Both the position numbers and the translations under genes were made by a program. Below, in pieces: positions 30,163 to 43,479 of a DNA stretch of 64,000 nt. The notes beneath the pieces are model-generated. The model was not told where the DNA came from, ran no database searches, and worked only from the letters and a program-made list of their open reading frames with translations. Source of the stretch: an uncultured delta proteobacterium. GTDB taxonomy: Bacteria > Desulfobacterota > Zymogenia > Zymogenales > Zymogenaceae. The stretch spans positions 320,001 to 384,000 of the forward strand of contig CAVTLK010000005.1 in NCBI GenBank assembly GCA_963735595.1, given 5' to 3'. How positions within the stretch are numbered: the stretch's first letter is position 1; every line of letters begins with the position of its first letter.

Positions 30163-31038
30163 ATGGACGAAGTCGACCGCGTATTGGAAGCGGCCAAGGA
30201 GTTGATGGATCTCAACTTCTATCGGGAAGCCCTTTCACTCCTTAAAGATGCGTCGACAAAATTCCCGGACGAGCCGGATATCTTCTACTTCATGGGGTGC
30301 TGCGCCCTTAACGACCGGGCGGGGGAGGAGGCGTTTTGCTATTTCTCCATCTCCAACGAGCTGTGCCCCGAGGATGCCGACATTCTCTCCGGCCTTTCGG
30401 ACGCGTCGCTGACCATGGAGCGAAACGACCTTGCCGCGAGCTTCATATCGGAAGCGCTCAAGCTCGAGCCGGACAGCATCAACGCCCGGATTTCTTTCGG
30501 CCATTTCCTCGAAAAAGAGGAGCGCTTCACGGAAGCGGTGGCCCACTACCGCAAGATCCTGGTGGAAGACCCGGAAAACACCTACCTCAACGCCCGCCTG
30601 GGGTACTGCCTCATGAGCCTGGGGATGTTCGAGGAGGCCGCCGACGAGATAATGGCCTACCTGAAGGAGTGCCCCACCGATACGGACTGGCACTTCCAAC
30701 TGGGCATCTGCTACGGGCACATGGGGATGATCGACGAGGCGATGACCACTTTCAATCACCTCGTCCAGGTCGACCCGGAAGACCCGATGGCGCGGGCCTA
30801 CCTTGCGCTCGCGATGGCCGACAAGGGGTGGCTCTCCGAGGCCAAGGAGGAGATCACCAAGGCGCTCAGGATGGACCCCGATAACCCGCGCGTGCTCGAG
30901 ATCTACGAAGATATCATGGGGCGGGACGAAGACGGCAACCACTCGGGGCAGTCGGGCGATGCGGGCAAGCTCCTGGCGATGATGCTCCTGATCAAGGCGA
31001 TCGTTGATCGGAAGAAGCGGGAAGGCCAGAGGCCGTAA
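30163..31038 (+). CDS. Tetratricopeptide repeat protein
   Basis: About 7 TPR-like repeats (A...P....; LG..); GGAGGGG RBS. Confidence 0.88.
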   Translation: MDEVDRVLEAAKELMDLNFYREALSLLKDASTKFPDEPDIFYFMGCCALNDRAGEEAFCYFSISNELCPEDADILSGLSDASLTMERNDLAASFISEALKLEPDSINARISFGHFLEKEERFTEAVAHYRKILVEDPENTYLNARLGYCLMSLGMFEEAADEIMAYLKECPTDTDWHFQLGICYGHMGMIDEAMTTFNHLVQVDPEDPMARAYLALAMADKGWLSEAKEEITKALRMDPDNPRVLEIYEDIMGRDEDGNHSGQSGDAGKLLAMMLLIKAIVDRKKREGQRP

Positions 31039-31060
31039 CGAGTCAGTCCGATATGCCATT

Positions 31061-31092
31061 ATAAAAAACCTCCCCGACGGGAGGTTTTTTTG
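31061..31092. terminator. Bidirectional intrinsic terminator
   Basis: AAAAAACCTCCC-CGAC-GGGAGGTTTTTT between convergent genes. Confidence 0.85.
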
Positions 31093-31126
31093 TGGTTGAT
31101 GACGAACCCTATATGAGTGCTCGTCT

Positions 31127-31249
31127 TGTCATTGCGAGGGAGCGTCAGCGACCGTGGCAATCTCGGACATCGTAACTGCCGCTAATCACGTTAGTACGTA
31201 TATCTGTATCCGAGATCGCCACGGGGCCTAACGGCCCCTCGCGATGACA
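31127..31249. repeat. Palindromic intergenic repeat (GTCATTGCGAG...GCAATCTC...GAGAT...CTCGCGATGAC; REP/MITE-like), copy 1
   Basis: Nested inverted repeats; related copy at 53186-53405. Confidence 0.75.
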
Positions 31250-31300
31250 TACCGTTTCGAATCCTGCCCTACCAAAAATCCTGTCCCCGGTTCTTTTGTT

Positions 31301-31495
31301 CTATAGCCTCAACCGCTCCCTTACCTTCCCCAGCACCTCCCTCCCGTACAGCCGCTCGACCAACCAGTAGGCCGCGCCGATCCACCTGAATATCTGCCCC
31401 GAGGTTACGATCCTACTGCCGTCGGCGACGACCGGCGAACGCCCGACCACGCGGACCCGCCGGTATCTCCCGATGGAATCGTCGCTCAGGCGGTC
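31301..31495 (-). pseudogene. Fragment resembling the C-terminus of a DJ-1/PfpI-family protein
   Basis: Manual translation: ...PVVADGSRIVTSGQIFRWIGAAYWLVERLYGREVLGKVRERLRL*; no convincing start. Confidence 0.45.
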
Positions 31496-31497
31496 GG

Positions 31498-32133
31498 TTA
31501 CGGCGTCATATCCGTGAAGAAGTATTCCACCTCTTTTTTCACGACGGATTCGTGCCCCCAGTAGAAGTGGTCGGCCCCGTGGACGGAGACGAAGCGCTTA
31601 GGCTCGGAGAGGCGGTCGTAGATTTGCCTGAGTGAATCTTCCGCCACAAAGTCGTCCATGTCGCCCGTTATGATCATCTTGGGGACGGGACTATCGGTCA
31701 GGTAGGAGAAATCAAACATCCCGGTCGGCGGAGAAATACCCACCCAGGCGCCGATCCGCGCGTCGGAGACGGCACGGAATAACCCGACCCACGCGCCGTA
31801 AGAGTAGCCGACCAGGTAGATCGCCTTTGGCTTGAGGCCCGGTTTTGCGGCGGCGAAATCGACCGCCGCGCCCACGTCACGAGAGTCGGTCAGTTCCCCG
31901 GTCGATATCCCGCCGCTTCTCCCCACGCCCCTGAAGTTGAAGAGCAACGCCGTAAGCCCAACCTTCGTTACCGCGTCCCGCACGGCATACACGACGTTAT
32001 TATCCATGCTGCCGCCGTATGACGGGTGGGGGTGACAGATGACGACGGCCGCGGCCTTCGGGTCGGTGACGGAAAGCCGCCCCTCGAGGGTGACGTCGCC
32101 GGACGGGAAGGTGACGGGGGTTTCGGGGGGCAT
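31498..32133 (-). CDS. Alpha/beta hydrolase
   Basis: CHPHP.YGGSMDN, FNFRGVG.S.G, GYSYG nucleophile elbow, D.FV, GADHF. Confidence 0.92.
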   Translation of the reverse strand: MPPETPVTFPSGDVTLEGRLSVTDPKAAAVVICHPHPSYGGSMDNNVVYAVRDAVTKVGLTALLFNFRGVGRSGGISTGELTDSRDVGAAVDFAAAKPGLKPKAIYLVGYSYGAWVGLFRAVSDARIGAWVGISPPTGMFDFSYLTDSPVPKMIITGDMDDFVAEDSLRQIYDRLSEPKRFVSVHGADHFYWGHESVVKKEVEYFFTDMTP

Positions 32134-32203
32134 GTATACGGTCCTCTCTGTTATTATCGACTTTCCCGGCGGGGTCTCTCGGGAGCGTCAGTCAGTGGGG
32201 GGA

Positions 32204-34870
<2,667 letters not shown>

Positions 34871-35051
34871 GGATTTCTCGACAAGGGTATGGGTAATGGC
34901 GCTACTGTATCAAACGCCGCACGTCCCGTCAATCCTTTAAAACCTTGACAATCGCGGCGTTGATATGAGATGATTAGTAAACTATAATAAGCGGCGCGGC
35001 GGGAAGGGGAATTGCGCGAAGGGCAAGGCCCGGGAGGAGCGCGGAAGGCTC

Positions 35052-35285
35052 ATGGGGGATACGGCCATCAGGGCGATGAACTGCATCGCCAAGCAGAACG
35101 ACGGTGCGCGGGTCATCCCGGCCGGGTCGACGTCCAAGATCAGAAAAGGGCGGTTCTACTACCGCGATACGAGGGCCTTTCCCTCGCACCTTCAGACCGG
35201 CGGCAATTACCACATAGAAAAGAACAAACGCGCGATTACCGCCGATGATCTGAGAGAGGCGTTGGAGATCACGCACGACACATAA
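35052..35285 (+). CDS. Small hypothetical protein
   Basis: 77 aa ORF with purine-rich RBS, between a TTGACA-containing region and the AAA gene; no recognisable family. Confidence 0.35.
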   Translation: MGDTAIRAMNCIAKQNDGARVIPAGSTSKIRKGRFYYRDTRAFPSHLQTGGNYHIEKNKRAITADDLREALEITHDT

Positions 35286-35307
35286 CACTCTATAGAAGCG
35301 GTGAGCC

Positions 35308-36918
35308 ATGGAGGGAACACGTGAACGGGGCGAACGGGGCAAGAGCCTCGAGATTATTAAGAAACTGATCTCGGCAAAACAGTCCCTCATTTACGTTGTG
35401 ACCTGGGAGGAAGACCGGCTGGAACGGCTGGTGGACAAACTGGCCAAGAGCATGTTTTCCGCCCCGATCAAGCTTTTTATCTGGCAGGCCACCATGGGCC
35501 TGACGCTCGGCGGAAGGGTCGTCGAGGGCACCAGGGACCCGCTTGCGGCGCTGGACCGCGTAATGGCCATCGAGGAAAACGCGCTCTTCCTTTTCAAGGA
35601 CCTCCACAAGGAAATGGAGATCAACCCGCTCCTGGTGCGGAAGCTCCGGGACGCGTACGACAGTCTGGGGGCTTCGTACAAAACGATATTCATCACGGCG
35701 CCGGTCCTCACGATACCGTTCGAGCTCAGCAAGGAGATGGCGGTGGTCGATTTCGACCTGCCGGCTCCGGAGGAGCTTTCGGTGCTCTTTGCCCAGGTAC
35801 TGGAGTCTTTCGCCAAGTCCAAGGGGATGAAGGCAAACCTTACCGACGCCCAGAAGGACCTCTTCGTCCAGGCGGTCACCGGCCTGACGATAGACGAGGC
35901 CAAGAACGCCCTCACCAAGGCTATGCTTGGAAGGCCGGTGTTTGACATTACGGCCCTGGATGCGGTGCTCGAGGAAAAGCAGCAGCTGATACGGAAGACC
36001 GGCATCCTCGAATTCATCGCCAAGAAGCCGACCATCGACGAGATCGGCGGGCTGGAAAACCTGAAGGCCTGGCTCGAGGCCAGGACCCGCAGCTTCTCGC
36101 CCGAGGCGCGCAAGTACGGCCTCACCGCGCCCAAGGGTGTGCTGATGACCGGCATCTCCGGCTGCGGCAAGAGCATCACCGTCCAGGCTATCTCATCCTA
36201 CTGGAACCTGCCGCTGGTGCGCCTGGATATGAACCGCGTGTACAGCGGCGTAATGGGCTCGCCCGAGGAGACGCTCTTCATGGCGCTCAAGACCGTTGAG
36301 GCGATGGCCCCCTGCGTGCTCTGGATCGACGAGGTGGAAAAGGGCATTGGGTCTTACGGCGGCGAGAAGCGCGATCTGGTCGTCGGCCGGATATTCGCGA
36401 TGTTTCTCACCTGGATGCAGGAGAAGAAAGGCAATGTCTTCGTGGCCGCCACCGCCAACGAGATAGATATGCTGCCCCCCGAAATCCTGCGCAAGGGGCG
36501 TTTTGACGAGATATTCTTCGTGGACCTGCCGGGGATTACCGAGCGCAAGCAGATATTCGGCGTCCATTTGAAAAAGAGAAACCAGGACCCCGCCGCGTAT
36601 AACCTCGTTGACCTTGCCAAGGCTTCCGAAGGCTACAACGGTGCGGAAATAGAGCAGTGCGTGCTATCGGCCCTTTTTGACGCCTTCAACGCTAAACGCG
36701 CGCTGACCATGGACGACCTGATGCGGGCCATCGGTCGGATGGTCCCCCTCAGCAAGACGATGAAGGAACAGATCAAGCGGATCAAGAGCTGGGCGTACAA
36801 CCGGGCGGTGCTGGCCAGTAAACCCGAGAAATATGAGCCGACCTTCGTTCCCAATGACGAATCCAAGAAACCCCAGGAAGATATCATCGTAACGTCGTTT
36901 ACGAAACCCGACCAATAA
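35308..36918 (+). CDS. Ycf46-like AAA+ ATPase
   Basis: IYVVTWEEDR, LFKDLH, IGGLENLK.WL, GISGCGKS, WIDEVEK, LPPEILRKGRFDEIFFVDLP. Confidence 0.92.
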   Translation: MEGTRERGERGKSLEIIKKLISAKQSLIYVVTWEEDRLERLVDKLAKSMFSAPIKLFIWQATMGLTLGGRVVEGTRDPLAALDRVMAIEENALFLFKDLHKEMEINPLLVRKLRDAYDSLGASYKTIFITAPVLTIPFELSKEMAVVDFDLPAPEELSVLFAQVLESFAKSKGMKANLTDAQKDLFVQAVTGLTIDEAKNALTKAMLGRPVFDITALDAVLEEKQQLIRKTGILEFIAKKPTIDEIGGLENLKAWLEARTRSFSPEARKYGLTAPKGVLMTGISGCGKSITVQAISSYWNLPLVRLDMNRVYSGVMGSPEETLFMALKTVEAMAPCVLWIDEVEKGIGSYGGEKRDLVVGRIFAMFLTWMQEKKGNVFVAATANEIDMLPPEILRKGRFDEIFFVDLPGITERKQIFGVHLKKRNQDPAAYNLVDLAKASEGYNGAEIEQCVLSALFDAFNAKRALTMDDLMRAIGRMVPLSKTMKEQIKRIKSWAYNRAVLASKPEKYEPTFVPNDESKKPQEDIIVTSFTKPDQ

Positions 36919-37131
36919 CACCGGCGGAGATATAGCACTATTCCCGACTATCGAGGGTACGCGATCCGGGCGAAGTCAGGAGCAATGAAATCAGAGGGTC
37001 ATTTCAAAGTGGAGGCCCGACGATCTCATGTCCATCGGGCCCATCTGCCGGAAGCGCCCCGGTTTACCGTCGTGCCGGGGCGTCGCGTGCGTCTACATCG
37101 GGCGCGGTGATCCGCCGGGAAGGTATACGAT

Positions 37132-38367
37132 ATGGTGGATTCCGCGTCGCTCCCGGCGGTAAGGGACCTGCTGACTCCCCTGAAAATCGCGGACTTCCGC
37201 AGGCTCGCCATAGGATACGGGGCATCGCTGGTCGGGAGCATGTTCTATTTTATTGCACTGACCTGGTTGACGCTTACGATCAGCGGCTCGGGATTGGTGC
37301 TGGGCTCGGTTCTCGCGGCCTCTGCCGTGCCCCGGGCGCTCTTCATGGTATTCGGGGGGGCCGTGGCCGACCGGTTTTCTCCGAAGGCGGTGCTGATTTT
37401 CTCAAGCGCCGGCAACGCGGTCATCACGGCGGCGCTGGCGGTCATCGTCTTTACGGGAGCCGCGCAGGTATGGCACCTCTTTGCAGCGGCGATACTCCTG
37501 GGGATTGTTGACCCGGTGGCGTACCCGGCGGCCAACGTACTGATCCCCCGGATCGTAGACGCCCAACGCCTGAATACCGCCAACTCGGTCTTCACCCTCA
37601 TGACCTACGCCACCACGGTCATCGGGCCGGCGCTTTCGGGCGTGGTCGTCGGGTATCTCGGGACTGGAGCCGCGCTGGCGGCAGGAGTGGTTGCCGCCGG
37701 CTTCTCGGCGGCAGTGTTCACCCGAATCGGGGCGGGTTCGCCCCTCGAAAGCGACGCACAGGCGCGCGGCTGCCGGGACTTCCTGACCGATATACGCGAC
37801 GGATTCGCCTATTCGTGGAACAACCGGCCGATTCGGGCCGTAATCGTACTGCTGGCGGCCATCAACCTCACCCTCATCGGCCCGGTCGTGATCGGCGGAA
37901 GCGTACTTGCCGAAACGCACTTCGGGGGGGCGCGGACCTTCGGTTTGATCATATCGTCGTGGGGTTTGGGCGGTTTTATCGGCGCGATCGCGGCGGGGAT
38001 GTCGCCGGTACGACGGGTCGGGACGGCGCTGATCGGGGCAAGCGCGGTCATGGGAGCCGGGATCCTTTCGATCGGGTTTTTGCCCCCTATTGCCGTGGTT
38101 CTGGCGATCAATTTCGTCATGGGCCTTTCCAACGGCTGGATCGAGGTGATCATTACCACCTGGCTTCAGATTCAATCGGGAGAAGGGATGCGGGGGCGCA
38201 TCATGGGGATTACCGCGGTAGCGGCTATCGGGCTTGAGCCGGCTTCATACGCGCTGACGGGCGTCCTCGTCGGCGACGGGCTCGCGGCCGTCTTCCTTTC
38301 GGCCGGGGCCGCGCTTTTGTTGGCGACGCTGTTGACGGCCGGCAGCCGCGCCCTGCGCGCGGCGTGA
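37132..38367 (+). CDS. MFS transporter (DHA3/macrolide-efflux-like)
   Basis: About 12 TM; GGAVADRFSPK, IGPALSG, MRGRIMG. Confidence 0.9.
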   Translation: MVDSASLPAVRDLLTPLKIADFRRLAIGYGASLVGSMFYFIALTWLTLTISGSGLVLGSVLAASAVPRALFMVFGGAVADRFSPKAVLIFSSAGNAVITAALAVIVFTGAAQVWHLFAAAILLGIVDPVAYPAANVLIPRIVDAQRLNTANSVFTLMTYATTVIGPALSGVVVGYLGTGAALAAGVVAAGFSAAVFTRIGAGSPLESDAQARGCRDFLTDIRDGFAYSWNNRPIRAVIVLLAAINLTLIGPVVIGGSVLAETHFGGARTFGLIISSWGLGGFIGAIAAGMSPVRRVGTALIGASAVMGAGILSIGFLPPIAVVLAINFVMGLSNGWIEVIITTWLQIQSGEGMRGRIMGITAVAAIGLEPASYALTGVLVGDGLAAVFLSAGAALLLATLLTAGSRALRAA

Positions 38368-38536
38368 ACAGGTTCCCGATACGATCGGCCATGCCGTCGG
38401 CGATATAGAGTCCCCGGTTACCGGGATAGGGTATGTGTCGGACCGTGGGCTTGGTTAAAGCCGGTCTATATACTAGGGGCTTTCCGGCCGATGCTATATA
38501 ATATATAATATGTGTAGTAGATCCTAACGATAAGGG

Positions 38537-39886
38537 ATGACCATGACCATCGAAACGTTTATCCTCGAGGCAATCCTGATATTTGTCCTGATCCTTGCCA
38601 ACGGCTTTTTCGCGGGCTCGGAGCTTGCCATTATTACCTCCCGCAAGAGCCGGGTCAAGACCCTGGTGGAAGAAAAAAAGCGCGGGGCCGTCGACCTGCT
38701 GGACCTGAAGGAAGACCCCGAGAAGTTCCTCTCCACCATCCAGATCGGGATCACGATTGTCGGCTCGCTGGCATCCGCGGTGGGCGGCGCCGCCGCAGTC
38801 AACGTGCTGCCCGGTTTCGTCCAGCGGGTGCCCGTGGGGTTTATCGCGGAATCGGCCGATGCCGTTTCCATCATTATCGTGGTCGTAATCATATCCTACT
38901 TTTCGCTCGTGCTGGGTGAGCTTGTTCCCAAGTCGCTCGCCATCAGGTACTCGGAAAAGATAGCCCTGTTCGTGGCCGGGCCGATCCGCTTCTTTTCGCA
39001 GGCCACGTACCCGGCCGTACGCTTCCTGACGACATCCAATCACCTCATCCTCAGGCTGGTGGGGCTCTCAAAGAAAATCGACTCGTCGTTTATCACCGAG
39101 GAGGAGATCCTGCAGGTCCTCAAGGAGGGGGAAGAAAAAGGGGTCATAGACGAGACGGAGCATGAGCTGATCCACTCGATCTTTGATTTTTCCGACCGGC
39201 ACGTCAAAGAGGTCATGGTTCCGCACCCGAACGTCCAGGCCGTGAACATCGACTGGAACAAGGGTGAGATTCTTAAGTTTATCGTCGAAAAGGGATACAC
39301 GCGGTACCCGGTCTACGAAAACTCGCTTGATAACGTCGTGGGGGTTCTCAACAGCAAGGAAGTCCTCAACCGTCTCGTGAGCAGGAAACCGTTTAAGATC
39401 AGGGAGATAATGCTCCCTCCGTTCTTTGTCCCCGAATTCAAGGCCATATCAGACCTCCTCAAGGAGATGCAGAAGAAGCGCATGCACTTGGCGCTGGTGG
39501 TGGACGAGTACGGGGCAATCGCCGGGCTCGTGACGATGGAGGACCTCTTCGAAGAGATCGTCGGGGAAATAGAGGACGAGGGCAAGGGCGGCGCGGACGG
39601 TATGGTGAAAAAACTCAAGGGCGGAATCATGCTTATTGACGGCTCAACGTCAATCCGTGATCTGATCAACATCTGGGGACTTGCCCTGAGCGATTCCGAG
39701 GCTTACGAGACTATCGCGGGGATGCTCCTTTCCCGGCTCCAGGCGATGCCCAAGGGCGGTGAGGTTATCCACCAAAGCGGATACAAGTTCATGATCCTGG
39801 AGGTTGATAAGAACCGTATTACCAAGGTGCGGGCGGAGCGGGAGGAAGCCCCGTCCGCCCCAAAAACGAAGAAGCCGACTAAATAG
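38537..39886 (+). CDS. CNNM/hemolysin-family (DUF21-CBS-CorC) protein
   Basis: NGFFAGSELA, FLSTIQIGIT, LGELVPK, VVDEYG, TMEDLFEEIVGEI. Confidence 0.95.
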   Translation: MTMTIETFILEAILIFVLILANGFFAGSELAIITSRKSRVKTLVEEKKRGAVDLLDLKEDPEKFLSTIQIGITIVGSLASAVGGAAAVNVLPGFVQRVPVGFIAESADAVSIIIVVVIISYFSLVLGELVPKSLAIRYSEKIALFVAGPIRFFSQATYPAVRFLTTSNHLILRLVGLSKKIDSSFITEEEILQVLKEGEEKGVIDETEHELIHSIFDFSDRHVKEVMVPHPNVQAVNIDWNKGEILKFIVEKGYTRYPVYENSLDNVVGVLNSKEVLNRLVSRKPFKIREIMLPPFFVPEFKAISDLLKEMQKKRMHLALVVDEYGAIAGLVTMEDLFEEIVGEIEDEGKGGADGMVKKLKGGIMLIDGSTSIRDLINIWGLALSDSEAYETIAGMLLSRLQAMPKGGEVIHQSGYKFMILEVDKNRITKVRAEREEAPSAPKTKKPTK

Positions 39887-40080
39887 CCGTCCGGTCGCCT
39901 GCATACCTACCGCGGGCGGTACGCGGGCGGGCCGGGTGCGCCGTAAATCCGGCCGATCGGCATGGGCCGGCCGATCCCCCGGCGTTCCTCACCAGCGGGC
40001 ATTCGTATCTCTTTGACACGATGATTGCAGTGAATTAGACTGAGAAGAAAATCCTTTTCACCGATAGGTCCTTCGAACAC

Positions 40081-41300
40081 ATGTCCATAGCCCGTCATTA
40101 TAAAATCCTCTGGAAGCTGATCTATATTCGGGAGATCGTCAGGACGAAAGTCCAGCGTATTTTCTATCGGGGGGGTATCGATCGGAGCACCATACGGGCG
40201 ATCCTGGCCGTGCGGCTGTACGGTATCGGTAATATGATCCTGGCGACTCCCGCCTTACAGGCGTTGCGAAACAGCTACCCCAACGCAACAATCACGGTCC
40301 TCGTGTCCGACCGGGGCGCGCGGGAGGTGGTTTCGGGAAGCGGGGTCGTTGACTCGGTGATATGCTTCGACTACGTGCCCGCGATCGATACCGGGCTTTT
40401 AAGAAGCTGCGCTCACTCCATTTTGACCTGCTGGTGGTCTTCTACCCGATGGGAGTGGTGGACCTGCCGCTCGTTACGGCGATGGCCGGCGTCAGGCGCC
40501 GCTTCGGATTCAGAGACGCCGTCAGAGGAAACCTCTACACAGACCCGTTCGATATAGACTACCGGAGGGGGGAGGGGAGGTCAAATCTCGATCTGGCCTG
40601 CCGAGCCGGGGGAAGACCCGGCGGCGGGTCGTTTTTCTTTATCGGGCCGGCCGACCGGGAGCGGGTCGACCGATTCTTTGCCGACAACCGAATCCGGCCC
40701 GGCGAAATCGTTATCTCGATACACCCGGGCTCCCACGAGCTGAAACGATGGCCGAAACATCATTTTGCGGCGATCGGCGACAGGCTCGCGCGCGACTACC
40801 GAGCCCGGGTCGTCCTTTTGGGCGGGCCCGACGAAGAGGGACTGTGCCGGGACATCTCAGAACTGATGCGGGCGCGGCCGATCGTCGCGGCGGGGTCGCT
40901 GACGCTCAAAGAAACGGCCGAGGTCATCAGGCGGTCGGCGCTCTTCATCGGCAACGATTCGGGGCCCATGCACATCGCATCGGCGGTCTCGACACCGTTG
41001 ATCGGGCTCTTCGGACCGACCGATACCGTCAAGAACCGGCCGTGGGGCGGCCGCAAGAGAACCATCATTATAAAGAGTAGGATGAAATGCGCGCCCTGTT
41101 ACCGCGCCGGGCAGATGCCGTGCATCTACGGAACGAACCTCTGTATGGCCGGGATATCCGTCGAGGACGTGTATGCCCGCTCACAGTCGCTCCTTGACGG
41201 GAAGGGGGTGGCGCAGGGGGAAAGGGCCGGTGAAGGTGCGAATGGAGGGCCGTCGGCCGTCCCCGGCCGATCCCGCAGGTCCGGGGCCGTAAAAAAATAG
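40081..41300 (+). CDS. GT9 glycosyltransferase (heptosyltransferase-like), one frameshift near 40370-40390
   Basis: RLYGIGNMILATPAL in frame 1; IHPGS..KRWP, GNDSGPMHIASA, LFGPT in frame 2; TTGACA-17-TAGACT promoter at 40013-40041. Confidence 0.85.
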
Positions 41301-41353
41301 GATCTTTACCGTACGGGAGTCCCCGGTGGGGACGATGCCGTTAAAACTACGAC

Positions 41354-42898
41354 ATGCCAACGCTCGAAAAGCTCATAAAGAACGTATCCTATAACGCCCT
41401 GAATAACGGCATCACGCTGGTTACGGGCTTTATCCTTTCCATCGGCATCGCGCGGCTGCTCGGCCCCGAACAAATGGGGATTTACAGCTACTGCACGTGG
41501 CTCCTCGGATTCACCGCCGTCTTTTGCCTCCTGGGAATCCCGAATACCAATACACGGTATATCTCCGAACTCAACGCCACCGGGCAGGCAGACCACGTGA
41601 GACGCCTTTTCTATGTGTTGCTGCTCTTCGAGGTCGGCGTCTTTCTGGTCGTGTCGGGGGTCGTTGTTATCGCAGCCTATTTCTTCTACGGGCCGGATAT
41701 CCGGGTCTATATTATCCTCGTGGCGGCAAACCTCCTGCCGCTTACCCTGTTCGCGATGTACGCATCGACGTTCAAGGGGCTGCTCAGGTTTGACGCCATC
41801 GCGATCACCAGCCTCATCGTCACGCCGGTCTACGTCCTGGCCGTAATTATCGGCCTCTATCTCGGGATGGGGGTCGGCGGGCTATTGATCCTTCCGCTTA
41901 TCCTTGCCCCCGCGCAGCTCGTTGTGTTTCATCTTTTCCTGCGGCGGGCGATGCCGCAGCCGAAGGCCCCGTCGGGCGGCGGGCTCGATCGAACGCTGAA
42001 GAAGAGGATATTCACTTTCTGGTACAAGCTGCTGGCTATCAGCCTCATCGACGTCTTCGTGTTCGAAAAGTTCGAGGTATTCTTTCTGAACATCTACGCC
42101 GATTTCAGCGCGGTTGCGTTCTATACGATCGCGTTTTCCATTTCGGCCAAGGTTATGAAGCTTATCCCCTATTCGCTGACAAACATCATGCTCCCGATAT
42201 TTACCGAGAAGCACTCGATCGGCGATACCAAGGGCAAGCATACGGTTTATACCTATTCATTGAAGTACCTGTTTATCATCATCGCCCCTATCTTTGCCGG
42301 CGGCGTTTTCATTTCGACGGAGTTAATCACGAACCTTTACGGGATCGAATTTAAACCCGCGGCGGACATCTTCTGGATTACGCTGCTTTCGTCCTCGATG
42401 GCGGCCTTTTTCGGCTCTTCGGCATCCCTTTTAAGCGCCATGGAGGAACTATCCGTCCTCCTGACCATAGGTATTGTAAGCATATGTCTGAATATCGGGA
42501 TGGATCTGCTGCTGATCCCCCGCTACGGTATACACGGCGCGGCGTGGGCTAACCTCATCGGGCAGGCCTTCGGCGGGATAGCGATCTTCATATTTATCAT
42601 CATAACCCTCAAGCCGAAGATCCCCTGGGAGGACCTGTTGAGGATCGCCATCGCGTCGGTCATCTGCGGCCTGGTTGCCAAGGCCGTCATTACGATCAAC
42701 GGCGGCCTCAGCTTCATGGTGCTGGCAATCGCGGCGGCGGCCCTTGTTTACCCGGTTGCCCTCGCGCTGGCCGGGGCGCTGGGTGCCGGCGATCTTGAGA
42801 TACTCGCCGCCGCCGAGAAGCTGCTGCCCGCCCGGCTGCGGGCTCCGTATCGGTTCTGTACCCTGATGCTCACGCGCCTGATCAAGAGGCGGGTATAG
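41354..42898 (+). CDS. Wzx-like polysaccharide flippase
   Basis: ARLLGPEQMGIY, about 14 TM, LLLIPRYGIHGAAWA. Confidence 0.9.
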   Translation: MPTLEKLIKNVSYNALNNGITLVTGFILSIGIARLLGPEQMGIYSYCTWLLGFTAVFCLLGIPNTNTRYISELNATGQADHVRRLFYVLLLFEVGVFLVVSGVVVIAAYFFYGPDIRVYIILVAANLLPLTLFAMYASTFKGLLRFDAIAITSLIVTPVYVLAVIIGLYLGMGVGGLLILPLILAPAQLVVFHLFLRRAMPQPKAPSGGGLDRTLKKRIFTFWYKLLAISLIDVFVFEKFEVFFLNIYADFSAVAFYTIAFSISAKVMKLIPYSLTNIMLPIFTEKHSIGDTKGKHTVYTYSLKYLFIIIAPIFAGGVFISTELITNLYGIEFKPAADIFWITLLSSSMAAFFGSSASLLSAMEELSVLLTIGIVSICLNIGMDLLLIPRYGIHGAAWANLIGQAFGGIAIFIFIIITLKPKIPWEDLLRIAIASVICGLVAKAVITINGGLSFMVLAIAAAALVYPVALALAGALGAGDLEILAAAEKLLPARLRAPYRFCTLMLTRLIKRRV

Positions 42899-42954
42899 GA
42901 TGAATACGGGAAACGCGGGCACGTGTATCAGCGGAACGCACCATATAAAAGGTG

Positions 42955-42983
42955 TTGACAAATATAGTTAAGCTGCTATACTA
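42955..42983 (+). promoter_or_regulatory. Sigma70 promoter of the marR gene with overlapping operator-like palindrome
   Basis: TTGACA 42955-42960, 16 bp, TATACT 42977-42982; palindrome TAGTnnAGC-T-GCTnnACTA 42965-42983. Confidence 0.75.
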
Positions 42984-42988
42984 TCCCC

Positions 42989-43465
42989 ATGTTGGACGAC
43001 CTTGAAAGGTTCGAGATACTCACCGACGAGGTTAACCGCCTCATAGCGCGGGTCCAATCCCTTCATACGCCCAACTTCGATTTCGGCACTGGGATACCGT
43101 TGTATCGCGCCGAGATTCACACTATTGATATTGTCGGTAAAAATCCGGGGATCAACGTAACCCGGCTTTCCGAACGTATCGGGGTCACCAAAGGCGCGGT
43201 TTCCCAGATGCTGACAAGGCTTGCCAAAAAGAAGCTGATAGAAAAAAGGGCGGTATCGGGAAACGAGAAGGAACGCATGATCGAACTGACCGGCCTCGGG
43301 CACCTGGCTTATGAAAATCACCGGACCCTTCACCGCCATATCTTTACGTTCCTCCAAAACCACTACGGCGCGGCGCTGCCGTCGCGGCTCGAACGGTTTC
43401 AGGAAGTGGTCGGTGAGCTTTCGAAAATCCTTTCGACCGTAGAAGGGCATAAGGATACGGTGTAA
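42989..43465 (+). CDS. MarR-family transcriptional regulator
   Basis: EIHTIDIVGKNPGINVTRLSERIGVTKGAVSQMLTRL.KK.LI...IELTGLG winged HTH. Confidence 0.93.
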   Translation: MLDDLERFEILTDEVNRLIARVQSLHTPNFDFGTGIPLYRAEIHTIDIVGKNPGINVTRLSERIGVTKGAVSQMLTRLAKKKLIEKRAVSGNEKERMIELTGLGHLAYENHRTLHRHIFTFLQNHYGAALPSRLERFQEVVGELSKILSTVEGHKDTV

Positions 43466-43479
43466 TTTTTTTCGGTACT

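Noticed and set aside
26368..31038. HerA-based anti-phage system
   Set aside because: No Sir2, NurA or nuclease partner; neighbours are a CapA lipoprotein and a separately promoted TPR gene; GC is host-like
35052..35285. Histone-fold-like resemblance of KNKRAITADDLREAL
   Set aside because: Only a short C-terminal match; the rest lacks the pattern and the ORF itself is uncertain
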